64,000 bases of DNA from Bigelowiella natans CCMP2755. Its lineage: Eukaryota; Protista; Cercozoa. Where the stretch lies: positions 26,101 through 90,100 of the forward strand of contig ADNK01003147.1 in assembly GCA_000320545.1 (NCBI GenBank), given 5' to 3'. Position 1 is the first letter of the stretch. The number at the start of each line of letters is the position of its first letter. Under the pieces are notes generated by a model, which was not told where the DNA came from, searched no databases, and saw only the letters and a list, made by a program, of their open reading frames with translations. Position numbers and translations under genes: made by a program. Shown here piece after piece: positions 1 through 12,484 of this stretch.

Positions 1-3000
1 GATCATATCTAGTGCAGCGGTTTCATTTTTACCCTTGATGTTATAGCTGTTCATCATTTCCTTGTAGCGTTTCGCAAGGCTGTCTGCCCGCTTATGTATG
101 GACTCTTTCGCGTGCTTAAACGAATCTAATATGGTAGCGCCACGGAATAACCACTGGTAGAAATGGTACTGGAAGATACGCGCCTCAATGTCACCTAGCA
201 CCTCCGACTCCTTACACACAATGACATGGTCTACTAATTTCGCTACCTCTTTACCGACGGCCTGACTGTGACACGCGGCGAGAAAGAGGAGTTTAAGCTC
301 ATACGTCTCCGTCTTTTTAGCATCCTCTATGGCTTTGAGAAAGTCTTGACCGGATATCATTACTGACTTGCCATCATCGTCAAATAAAAGACCTTCCTTT
401 TCGCCATGGCCGCTATAGTGCAAAATGGTGCAATTGCTGACCAGAGCTCGCACTAAATTCGGTTTGGTCGCCTTCCAGCGTGTCGTTTCAATTTTCTTCC
501 CATCAGCACATGGCAGCCGGTTGATACGCTCAAATATCTCCGAATCAAGGTCTAGATCCAGGTTTTTGTTCTCTTCACTCGACAAGGCACACCAGGACAG
601 GAAAGCGAGATGAGACTTGACTTCGTCGATTCTTGGTTTCTTTCTCTCTTGCTCCCTTTCGCTAACGAAGTTGATCGCTGACTGAGATTTCACAACTTTG
701 GTGTCTGAGGCTACACCGAGGTCTTCATTCCCATTGGATTCGTTGCCGCCCCACTCGTATTCCTCTTCATCGGAGTAATCATCAAAAACCTCTAAGATGT
801 CGTCGGCAATGGTTGTAGAGACGTCCTTAAGTAGCTGAAACAATGCGATGACACTCCCTGAACGAACGCTTAGGAGCCGTACGCGCAACACACCCGGGAT
901 ATGCTTCCGCACATAGCGCTTGGATTCGTCCTTGAATCTTTGTAGATTTTTCCCGCATGTTTCCTGGAATGAGAGTTTATCGAAGCAGAGAGAAATCTCT
1001 GTAAGTTGTATCTTACTCTGCGCCTCCCATGGCATTTCATGCAAGCATCGAGCAACTTCAGCGCCACTCAGTCGGGTCTCACACTTGATGTAATTGGATT
1101 TTTCTTTCTTGCTACTTACGATTAGCATACATTCGTTAATAAGGTCCTTTTTGAGGTCACTTTTAATTGCCCTGCCGTGGGAGAGGAGGAAGCGGCTTAG
1201 CTCGTGGACACTCATGCTGTCGTACACTCCGCCGATGTTGTTGTAGCTAGTCGCCACAGAAGGATGGGGTTTCTCCGCGCTGTACACCTTCAAATAGATA
1301 CCAAGAGCCTTCTTGTATTCCGTGAGCGCCTCCGGGTATTTCCTCATGCTCTTATACACTCCGCCGATGTTGTTGTAGCTATTCGCCACATGAGGATGGG
1401 GTTTCTCCGTGCCGTACACCTTCAGCCTTATATCAAGACTCTTCTTGTATTCCGTGAGCGCCTCCGGGTACTTGCTCATATCATAGTACGCTCCGCCGAT
1501 GTTGTTGTAGCTAGTCGCCACATCCGGATGGGGTTTCTCCGTGCCGTACATCTTTAGCCTTATATCAAGACTCTTCTTGTATTCCGTGAGCGCCTCCGGG
1601 TACTTCCCCATGCTCTTATACACAAAGCCGATGTTGCCGTAGCTACCCGCCACATCCGGATGGGGTTTCTCCGTGCCGTACACCTTCAACTTCATAGCAA
1701 GAGCCTTCTTGTATTCCGCGAGCGCCTCCGGGTACTTCCCCATCTTTTTGTACACTGTGCCGATGTTGTTGTAGCTCATCGCCACAGCAGCATGGGGTTT
1801 CTCCGTGGCGTACACCTTCAACCACATAGCAAGAGCCTTCTTGAGTTCCGTGAGCGCCTCCGGGTACTTGCTCATTCCACAGTACACATTGCCGATGTTG
1901 CCGTAGCTATTCGCCACATCCGGATGGGGTTTCTCCGTGCCGTACACCTTCAACTCTATATCAAGACTCTTCTTGTATTCCGCGAGCGCCTCCGGGTACT
2001 TCCCCATGCTATCGTACACTGAGCCGATGTTGTGGTAGCTACTCGCCACATCCGGATGCGGTGTCTCCGTGCCGTACACCTTCAACCTCATAACAAGGCT
2101 CTTCTTGTATTCCGTGAGCGCCTCCGGGTACTTCCCCATGCTACTGTACACGGTGCCGATGTTGTGGTAGCTCATCGCCACAGCAGCATGGGGTTTCTCC
2201 GTGCCGTACACCTTCAAATAGATACCAAGACTCTTCTTGTATTCCGTGAGCGCCTCCGGGTACTTCCCCATGCTACCGTACACTGAGCCGATGTTGTTGT
2301 AGCTACTCGCCACAGAAGGATGGGGTTTCTCCGTGCCGTACACCTTCAAATAGATAGCAAGAGCCTTCTTGTATTCCGCGAGCGCCTCCGGGTACTTCCC
2401 CATCTTTTTGTACACTGTTCCGATGTTGCCGTAGCTTCTCCCCAGATAAGGATGGGGTGTCTCCGTGCCGTACACCTTCAACCTCATAACAAGACTCTTC
2501 TTGTATTCCGCAAGCGCCTCCGGGTACTTCCCCATGCTATCGTACACTCCGCCGATGTTGTGGTAGCTACTCGCCACATCCGGATGCGGTGTCTCCGTGC
2601 CGTACACCTTCAAAAAGATATCAAGACTCTTCTTGTATTCCGCGAGCGCCTCCGGGTACTTGCTCATATTAGAGTACGCATTGCCGATGTTGCCGTAGCT
2701 ACCCGCCACATCCGGATGGGGTTTCTCCGTGCCGTACACCTTCAAATAGATAGCAAGAGCCTTCTTGTATTCCGCGAGCGCCTCCGGGTACTTGCTCATA
2801 TCAGAGTACACATTGCCGATATTGCCGTAGCTTCTCCCCAGATAAGGATGGGGTGTCTCCGTGCCGTACACCTTCAACCTCATAACAAGACTCTTCTTGT
2901 ATTCCGCGAGCGCCTCCGGGTACTTCCCCATGCTATCGTACACTGAGCCGATGTTGTGGTAGCTAGTCGCCACATCCGGATGCGGTGTCTCCGTGCCGTA

Positions 3001-6000
3001 CACCTTCAAAAAGATATCAAGACTCTTCTTGTATTCCGCGAGCGCCTCCGGGTACTTCCCCATGCTATCGTACACTCCGCCGATGTTGCCGTAGCTACCC
3101 GCCACATCCGGATGGGGTTCCTCCGTGCCGTACACCTTCAAAAAGATATCAAGACTCTTCTTGAGTTCCGCGAGCGCCTCCGGGTACTTCCCCATGCTAT
3201 GGTACACTCCGCCGATGTTGTGGTAGATAGTCGCCACAGAAGGATGGGGTTTCTCCGTGCCGTACACCTTCAAATAGATAGCAAGAGCCTTCTTGTATTC
3301 CGTGAGCGCCTCCGGGTACTTCCCCATGCTATCGTACACTAAGCCGATGTTGCCGTAGCTTCTCCCTAGATAAGGATGGGGTGTCTCCGTGCCGTACACC
3401 TTCAACCTCATAAGAAGACTCTTCTTGTATTCCGCGAGCGCCTCCGGGTACTTCCCCATTCTACTGTACACATTGCCGATGTTATGGTAGCTAGTGGCCA
3501 CATCCGGATGGGGTTTCTCCGTGCCGTACACCTTCAAATTTACATCAAGACTCTTCTTGTATTCCGCGAGCGCCTCCGGGTACTTGCTCATATTAGAGTA
3601 CGCATTGCCGATGTTGCCGTAGCTACCCGCCACAGAAGGATGGGGTTTCTCCGTGCCGTACACCTTCAACCGCATAGCAAGACACTTCTTGTGTTCCATG
3701 AGCGCCTCCGGGTACTTCCCCATGCTATCGTACACATTGCCGATGTTGTTGTAGCTACCCGCCACATCCGGATGGGGTCTCTCCGTGCCGTACACCTTCA
3801 AAAAGATATCAAGACTCTTCTTGAGTTCCGCGAGCGCCTCCGGGTACTTCCCCATGCTATCGTACACTCCGCCGAGGTCGGCGTAGATACTAGCCATTTC
3901 TGTTTGATTTTTTCCTGTTTTGGATTCAGCAGAAACTAATGCTTCAGTTTCAGTTTCACCGAATTTTGCGGCGCTTAAGAACCAATATAAAGCTTTATCA
4001 TAAAAACATGCAACGTTACAGGCCTGGCCCAAAATCTTTGCTAGCCATCGTAACCAGCTGCGTTCTGCTTTGGAGGATTTGTGCAGCGTCATTAGCCGGG
4101 TTCCGTGCTGGAGCACCGCGGCCCATTCGTCCTGGCGGTCGTGAGATTCACTGTAGTCTCCTCCGTAGGCAGCCAGGGCTACAACCAGATTTCCAATTTT
4201 GGTTTGTGGCTGCAGGTACCTCACTATCTCTTGCGTGACAGCGTGCATGTTTATGCAATTGGTTTTTCGGCTCCATTGTATCAAGGAATAACGCTCTAGA
4301 AGCGCTAACGCGTCGCGAACGTCTTCGTCCTCTTCAGAGACCGCCAGCTGCTTCTCGTCGTTCTTTTCATCTTCCGTGCAATCTTTGATATCCTCAACCT
4401 GATTGGGCGATTCGTCAAATTTTAGAAGAAGAACCAGTTCCAATGGAATGTTTTTCGGATCCAGGTACGCAAGCGAACGCAACAACGCGAGGCAGTCCAC
4501 GCATGAACTTCCAGCGGGGTGCCCGATCGCGTCTGGATCCGACAGGCTTGACAGGCTCTCGCGGACCACTTCGACGATGCTCTGTCCGTACCTGATGCTC
4601 TTGTTGGGGTTCTTAATCAGAAACCTTTTTCTTCCTAGAGACTGTTTCTTTCGCAAATTCTCGATGCGATCTGCTACCTTGTAGTAGCCCATCTCTTTGC
4701 AGTGGCTGAAGAATTGCGCTAGGATCACGGGCATGCCCGAGAACTCGGTTTTCAGGTACTCCATGCAGTCCTTCGCATCTCTGTCTTTTGGGTCGGGCAT
4801 TTTTAGGCTGAATTTACGGGCGAACTGCACCAGATCTTCTTCATCCATGAGCCCGTCAATCGGCCAGCGTTTGACGTCCAGACTCCAATCGGTGGTTTTG
4901 CTGTTTCTAGACGTTAGGATCACGTGTCCTTTGTTCCTAGGTAAGAACTCAGCTATGTCACTGCAATCACCAACATCGTCGAACACCAGAAGGCAGCGTT
5001 CAGTCTCGATTCGTTCCCTGATGGTTTGGATGGCCGATTTGATGTCCTTTTTGTCAACAACGTGCAGGCCTGGGATGTTCTTCTCAGCGATGCGCATGTA
5101 CCCGATCTTCAGCTGCTCAGTTGTTTGGCAATCTAGCCAAAACGCGTGAGAGTATTGACCGGTCTCAATGAGGGCGTCAAACAACCGGACGGCCAACTGG
5201 CTCTTCCCAATACCCCCATGGCCACAGAGCAGATGCACTTGTTTGCTGGCATCTTTGAGTTCATGCAGAACCTGCTTGACTACTTTCTCCCGCCCAACGA
5301 AGAAAGACACTTGGTCTGGGCCGGGGATGAGCGTCATTGAAGCTCGGAGTCTCATCTGAAATTCAATTTGAAAATAAAATGTACACACACAGATGTAAAG
5401 ATCAAGTTTTAGATGCCATGGGGTTTCCTCGTGGAAAGGAGGGAAGGTAAATGGGGGATGGGTCCTGTACCGACCGAGGGGTGAGGGAAAAAAAAATGTC
5501 GGCGTGTTTTTGTGCAGATGCACAATGAACTAAATGTTATAAAGACATAACTGTATACACTGATACTCCCAAAAAACCGTACCAACCTTTTCTTTCTTAT
5601 TCTCTTCCTCTATGAGTATCCCTGCAACGCGGACTAGATGCTGTTTGTCCTCAATCACTATCTTTTGGCTCCCGGGTGCCGAAGAAACAGCTGTTCTCAG
5701 CATTCGTTCCGCCAATTTTGTGCACAGAGCAGGATTGCGTACATCCTTGCCAACCTTTACGTCTGCGAACATGTATGTCCAATGGAAATATCTATCAACC
5801 CAATCCGCCAATATCGACTCTAAAAAGTAACGATACCTTTGTAAAGCGTTGAAAAATGGTAAGATTTTAGGCCTCGAGTAGCAATGAACTTCGAGTGTAA
5901 ATATCTTAGAAACAGTTTCTTGAATCGCTCTTTATATAAAGGGTTCATCTCCACAGCCTGCAAGTAAACGTGTCAATTGCTGCTTGAACCGAAACAATTA

Positions 6001-8834
6001 TGATGACAATTTTTCACAATGATTAACTCTGATAGAAGATCATTTTGTACCTTGCAACAAGGGTAATCAATTTTCTTCCTTGACGTAGTAAACAGCAATA
6101 GAGATTTGCTGATTTTTAGAATCTGGTGAAATGCTTGCGGTCCAAGGAAACTGGATACGTTGTCGCAAATCTAAAAGACAAAATTTTCACCTGGGTTCAA
6201 CCTCAACACTAGAAACCCTCATAACATCTATCTATTCAAACAAAAAAGGTACCAGTAAGATTCGTTTTTCTTTTTTATCTTTGAGCGAATGGAGAGGATC
6301 TCCTGCTATCAAATGGTGGCTTTTATCGGAACATGTCGTTTTTGCAACCGCCGATAAAACACCCTTTTCATCAGCAATACCGGCAAGGTCCACCTGAAGA
6401 AAAATTGCCATAACCGTTACGAATACGCTAACAACACCTCGAACGAACACGAATTGTATTCGAATGAAATCTTGCATCCATTTCATGTGCACAGAATGCA
6501 CTCATTACATACACGCGTGCACACATGCACGGAAAACATGATCAGGACCCAATAGATAGCATCTGGCCCGTCGTTGTCATGCCACATGGACCGGGCTACC
6601 ACCTCCGCCAAAACAGATTTCCCGCTACCCTTCCCACCCACGATTTGGATCCATTGAGTTGCAAACGTTTTCTTGAAAACAGCATGGTCGTTCTTTATAG
6701 AAAGCCTGCAATTTTCCAAGATTTCACGATACTGCTTCTTAACTACATCTCGTGAGAAGAAAGACCCAGGATCTGGATCTGGGATCCATCCGGTTTTGGG
6801 CTCGATTTGTTCCAACTCCCTGAACTCGTATGTCACGTTGTGAATTTCATCGTTGTCAGTGGACCGGGGTAGAAGTATCAATTTGTCTACTTCATTCTCA
6901 GCTAAATCTGCCCAAAGGAGCTCCTCTTGTACTTCCTGATTGATGTTTTCTTCCTCGCAGAAGATCCGAAAGTCTCGTTCTACCTTCCACTTTGCATTGT
7001 ATGTTGTGCATTGCGCATGCAGAGACTTGAGTTTTTCCTCGAGCTTGGCTGCGATTAATGATGGCTTGGGATGCTCCTCCAGGTAAAAAAGCGCTCGGTT
7101 TTTACATTGCTGAGCTATCACACGGAGTCTTCGCTTGGCCAGTTCAAAAGCTTCTGATACAGAGTGCCCTTGTAGCAACCGTTGATAAAATATACCCGCA
7201 AATACCGGGGCACCGTAATCGCTGAGTTCGTCCTTTCCTCGACAAGCTATGACGTGGCTCACTAATCCATCTTCTATGAGTTTTTTGCCTACAATCTCGC
7301 TGTGGCATGCCGCTAGATACACAATCTTAGGCCGTCCATTTTGATTCCTTCTGAACATTTCTGCAAGGGCTTTTCCACCAAGGTATTTGCTGGTTTTTCC
7401 AATCGCTGGGCCACCTTCAATGCAGAGACCCTTCTGAGGATCGCCGTGCCCAGAGAAATGGAGACAAAAACAATTCGAGCCGATAGCAGTATCTATTTGC
7501 TCCTCAGTCGCACGATATGTCGAATACTGAAATTTGGGATAAACTCTGATGAGTTCCCGCATCAGCTCATACTCAGTTTGGAAATCCAGTGCCTTATTGT
7601 CGGCCTCGTTTATCGGAGAAGACGATACGTACGCGATGCGGGCTGGGAGCTGCTCGGCCGATACCATTGGTTTTGCGTGAGACGGAGATATCTAGGGGTT
7701 CAGAGAAACGTGGAAAGAAGGTCGATGTGATACAGGGAGGGAAGCCAAAACAAAGAGAGTCAGAGAGTGTTTAGACATAAACAAAGAGAAAGGGAGTGGG
7801 GGGGGGGGGGATTTAAAAGAGATGATCTGGCAGAGAGAATCCACGGAGATGATCATGAAAATTTAAACTAACATTTTATGCTCAAACGATACCCAATGGA
7901 AAGTACTAGTACTTACACATTACTAAGCTTAGGCATTGATGATTACAACAAATGTCGTAAAACGTTTCATGTGGCTGGCCAGCTGTTTGAAGCAATGAAA
8001 AATTGACTAAACTAATCGTACGTGCGACAAGGGTTTTATTGCGGTGAAGGGACTCTTTGGGACAAACGACGACTACAATTTAAAGAACATGAATGTCAGG
8101 TAAAGAAGAACAACGTGGGGGTAGAAAGAGTTCAGAGAGATGATCAGACAGAAAGAGCGCACAGTGAAGATTTTTGGTTGCCGCTTCACTGAAAATTTTA
8201 TGGTTGATTTACATGTCATTAATTAACAACCGTTATTACAATGATGTCACTAAGCATGAAATATTGTTTTAGACTTTCTACAAGAGTGTAGATTTTCGCA
8301 CTGCAATTCTGAAATCGTGACAAAATGTGTTACGTGTTCTATCGAATAAGAGATTTGGTTCCAAATGCTTGAGTTTTCCTTACATGCGATGGGGGCTCTT
8401 TGGTATCTGGTTTTTCGAACATTTTATTGAGTTTTTTTACAAGAATCTCTAGTTGGATTCGTGGCCCCATCTTCTTGCCTTCAATCATCTCCTTCACGTG
8501 ATCCGGGGTCATTTCCAACAGATCCTCACCTGTGAGGTCGTTTTCCTCTATTATCTGTGGATGCCGCAACATTAGTTAAGTCTCCGTGTTATTACCGATT
8601 ACGTATTGGAATGTTTATGTGCAATGAAAACTTGAGTGACTGAGTACTTGGGTCTTTGCTAGTGATGTGTATGACTTTATTGGAGGAGGAAGGGGGGAAG
8701 ATTCGGGCCAATTTTTGAACCTTAATGATTTTTGGCTTCGTTTTGAGTGCACGGGCATTCGCACGGAGCCATTGCACCAGACCCTCACCAGAGAAATCCT
8801 CGAACTCTTCCCTGGTCAGAGATTTGGAGTCCAT
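1..8834 (-). CDS. Giant NLR-like STAND protein: SAM - CHAT - NTPase1 - NB-ARC NTPase2 - 20 TPR - SEA-like linker - CHAT2 (3'-partial, >2400 aa in window)
   Basis: Hand-built GT-AG exon chain: 8834-8721, 8554-8384 (SAM: WL..IIEENDLTGEDLLEMT..KE..MGPRIQL), 7691-6549 (CHAT1 HFSGHG / YLAACHS; Walker A GGKGSGKS), 6393-6253, 6170-6051 (Walker B RILL|ICDNV, LLFTTSR), 5957-5837, 5762-5587, then one open exon 5355-1 (FVGRE, GHGGIGKS, LLVFDDV, ILTSR, GMP, LAYLDPKNIP, MHAVTQEIVR, TPRs, SVRSGSVI, CHAT2 HYSGHG / FLAACHS). No stop is reached inside the window. The 5587/5355 splice is the least certain link, so two tandem genes are possible. Confidence 0.85.
1213..3876 (-). repeat. Coding tandem array of 20 x 132-bp (44-aa) TPR units with very high internal identity
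   Basis: The anchor (g)ccgatgttg recurs every 132 nt from 1231 to 3871. Consensus NIGxVYxSMGKYPEALAEYKKSLxIxLKVYGTEKPHPDVAxSYx (kinesin-light-chain/NPHP3-like TPR). Confidence 0.97.
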
Positions 8835-9120
8835 CTGTATGATGATTTCAATGCACCTGGCCCAGAGGAAAACGAAAGCCTACTGGCTTTGGTCTTTCTC
8901 TCTCTCCCTCCCTCCTCTTGATGCGTGAGAGGGACGCTCTCTAATCGATCTTTCTTGCAATCATCAATTTTGTGAAAACTGGAAAAAAAAGGCCTACAAA
9001 TTGTTGTCGCATGATGAATTTCCACTGCATTGATGACCTAAAGGCAACATGGCATTCCTTGCGACGTGAACTTGGGTTTCGGTTCTAGTCCGCATTATTC
9101 ATTGGGGTTGCACTCTCGGT

Positions 9121-10410
9121 TTCGGTGTTTTCTTCTCAATTGCCTTTTTTCACTGCCGTTTCGTTTTCCGCAGGTTTCAGTCTGTTCCTGCTGAAAGTTT
9201 TGTCTGAAACACCTTCCAAAGTCTGTGTCTCGTGGGTCTGTCTTGATGACAATGTGTGTTCTGTTTTGTGCGGTTTTGACGCACATTGCATGTCGCCCTT
9301 TCAGAAATTGCCTGGTTGTTTCTCTCCTTCATAATTCAGAGAATCTGTCTGTATCTCACCTTCTTGCCGACTTCGCATGAATCACAATCCCCATCCTCCT
9401 TGCAAGGAACTTCTCCTGTGTGTTTCAACTTCTTCACCCTGGGATTCTCACTCAACTTCTTCAACGTGTCAAGCATGGGGGATGGCAGTGCGCAATGCAG
9501 GCGGATGGCAGCAGCTACCAGGTTGCAGGGGGGATGGTTGGCCATCTCAATTCTGTGATGAGGGTGACGTGAGGTTGCACGTGCATGCTGGGCATGCATG
9601 TCAATGTCCCCACGTTTGTCAAGGCGAAATTGCCTGAAACTGAATCATGCGTGGCGGCAGAGGCACACGATGATGGGAGAAACAGACTGAGGGCTCACCG
9701 ATGACACACGTGAGGATGAGCTGCAATTCTGGAATTGGCCAGCAGTCAGCAGGCGCTGCACGCGTTGTAGCGGCAGTTCAACGAAGTTGCACATTGCACT
9801 TTGGCTGCATTCGCATTTCGTTTTGTGCTGGCGGTTGCTTGTCACAGCTAACAAGCGCCCGCAGCTTGCGCTGGCGTTGCCACTGCTACAACGCTGCAAC
9901 CACATGCGGCACTTCGCATCGCGGTCTGGACGCACAGTGTTCCAACCCGCACATGGACGCTCAGGAAATTGTTGCCATTTGACACGAATCGAAGGCATGC
10001 ATGTGTCCTTTGCGTGCGTGTGCACATGCATGCACGTAGTAGATGCCATTTCTGCACAACGCAAAAGAAAAATTGCAACATTTGTCGCAATGATTCAAAG
10101 GACCTTTTGAGGGGGGGCCACACATTCGTCATTTTGGACAACGTCGCAACATTGTAACATCACATGCGCAAAGTGTGCATGATGTCATTGCGGTGTCTAT
10201 GATCTGCACGAACGAGCAAAAAACAAAAACCTCCTAGCTCACAATGGCGCCAATGCCCATGCCTTGAGAGCAATCATAGCATCTACACGTTCATTGTGCA
10301 ACAACGTGCTCACAAGCACCTCAACCATGATGAGAACACGGGGCGGTGTCCAAGAACATCGCATCGATCTTCGTCATTTTGACATGCAAACGGCTTGCCA
10401 AAGTGCAGCG
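9121..10410. other. TpA-depleted intergenic island 1
   Basis: About 13 TpA in ~1290 nt by hand count, ~10 of them in CTA/TAG. TGCA/CATG-rich, CpG retained. Confidence 0.9.
9336..9530 (-). mobile_element. Decayed Ty1/copia-like GAG-pre-integrase fragment
   Basis: AIRLHCALPSPMLDTLKKL..VKKL..CDSCEVGKKVR resembles the WHxRLGH..L..L....CxxCxxGK zinc-binding motif that precedes copia integrases. No RT, integrase core or LTR seen. Confidence 0.45.
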
Positions 10411-10575
10411 CCATTTATTGATTCAACTCGAGACCTTCATCAATATTTTTCATGCCTGGACGATCTTTCCTCGTGCAGATACGTATCCTACATCGATGTT
10501 TTGCGAGCCGCCATCGATGAATTTGACAAGCATATACTTGCCTGGGGCAACGCAAAAACAAACCAGTATTAATAA

Positions 10576-12445
10576 TCACACACGTCGAGTTGTTGTCTGA
10601 AAATATATGCCATGCCGCACGTAGCGTACAGTAGTCATCACGTTATCTATGATTACGTAACGAGATTGTGGACATTGCATTGGTGAGCTTAATCGGTTGT
10701 TATAACCTTTGACAGGAGTCTGAAGTTTAGTAGCCGACACTCTCTGCCCGTAGTGGCAATGCACAGAAGGGCCCATTTTAACAAATACAGCTGGCATCAC
10801 TGCCACTCCTACATTAACACACATTAAATAAATAAATAAATAGATAAATATGAAGATGAATAAATTAAAAATTAGAATTAACAACAATGCTAATAATAAT
10901 ACTAAATCAATATAAAGATAAAAAACTCATGGAGGCATTGCTTTGCAATGCACACAGCTGTAGCTATATTTCTGTTATATGTGTCGAGTGATGACCCTTT
11001 TCTTTCAGCTCATCCATCGATTTCGCATCATCGCTATCCTTGAAGTCCTCAGGCTTGGGAAGATCATTCGTGATGTAAACTGCAGCATGCTTGAAAATGT
11101 CGTTAGCAAACAAGCCCTTGCTGAAAGCGTATGGCTTGTAGAGTTCGATGGCCGACACAACAGCCTCCTCTGCAAAAGGAGTGAGTTGGTATACAAAACA
11201 CGCGTTGAGAACCTTGCGCTTGACACTGCATAACGCTCCCCCCTCGTAATCAGAGCGCGTCTGTTCAATTGTGTAGTTGCCCTCCATTGGAGGGCCAGAA
11301 AGGGGGCTTAACGGAAGCTCAGCCTCTGCGTCATCGTAGTATGCTTTCAGCTCTTCCAGCATTTCTGCCGCCTTCTTCTTGTCTTCATCAGACTTTTCCC
11401 CTCTCAAGTTTCCTCTTGGGCCTTCAAACTCCGCCCTCAATGAGACCAGTTTCGCAGCCTTCTTCGCAATGCGAGAGGTGACGTCCGCAAGAGGGTACTC
11501 GCTCGGTGAGGCCATGCCGTTCTTCTCGGCGACCTTATACCAATACTCAACATCGCACGGGATGAAACGGCTGTAGGGAGTCACGTTGTATTCGGTGCCG
11601 ACAGCATACGCGAATTGGGCAAAGCAGTTGCCCTTTTTAGCATACTCGAGGAGTGTGGCGAGGGCTGCTTTCTGGACATCGTTGCGCTGGCGGCAAGATC
11701 CGTTTAGTCGGAAAACGGCGTTGGAGAGCACGATGTTCGTCTTTCTCTGCGCGTCTGTTTTCGCATCCTCCGCCTCTTTCAATAGCATGTCCGCCGCGCT
11801 TGTTGACGTGATTTTGATCAACTCAAAACCCTTTTCGAGTTTTTCCTTGTTTTCCTTCATCTCTACCGCCAGGCGGATCTTCTCCTCGAAGGCGAGTTCG
11901 CTGAGCGTATTTCGGAGAGTAATTTCTCTCTTGATAATCCAAAGCGCCACGGATTTATCTTCTCTCTTCTTCTTGGCCCATCCAGCGGCATCAGCCTTTT
12001 GGAAGGCAGCCTTAACACCTGCCACACTTGTTGGCCTCTTGTCGTTGTCCTTATCAACAACGAACTTGGGGTGGAGAAGGCATCCGAGCGCCATGTTTCC
12101 TTCAGGGTCCTTCTCGCCAGCCTTGGCGAAGCTTTCCGCAGCAGCCTTGAAATCTGTATTATTCGTTTGTGTTTGTGCTTGCGTGAGCGCGTGTTGTGTG
12201 CGTGTTGTGGGCGTGTGTGTGTGTGTGGTTTGAGTACCTGGGGTAGTCCCGACTCCCATCATCAAAAAATATCCATATTTGAGTAATCCTGCAACTTCAC
12301 CAGTTTCGCTCGCTTTCTTGGCGTATTCGAGAGCTTTTTCGGCGTTGAAGTAGTAGTTCTTGCAATTCATATCGCCCTTGTCGTTGTACAGAGCCGCAAG
12401 CGCGCACATTGCCTTTGCGTCTCCTCCGTCAGCCTGTGCGTTTAT

Positions 12446-12484
<39 letters not shown>

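Noticed and set aside
1231-3871. Regular repeat with variable segments resembling a CRISPR array or DGR
   Set aside because: In-frame coding 132-bp units with no unique spacers, no cas or RT genes, and variation not restricted to adenines.
1204-3939. Plus-strand repetitive ORFs (MGFLRAVHLQ...)
   Set aside because: Antisense shadows of the minus-strand TPR array. They are broken by stops while the minus frame is fully open.
5820-5960. Apparent in-frame TAA (non-standard code) or a 17-nt micro-intron in the NLR-like gene
   Set aside because: A conventional model (exon 5957-5837, intron 5836-5763) keeps the frame and the RNBS-C-like motif. Other genes here end in TAA normally.
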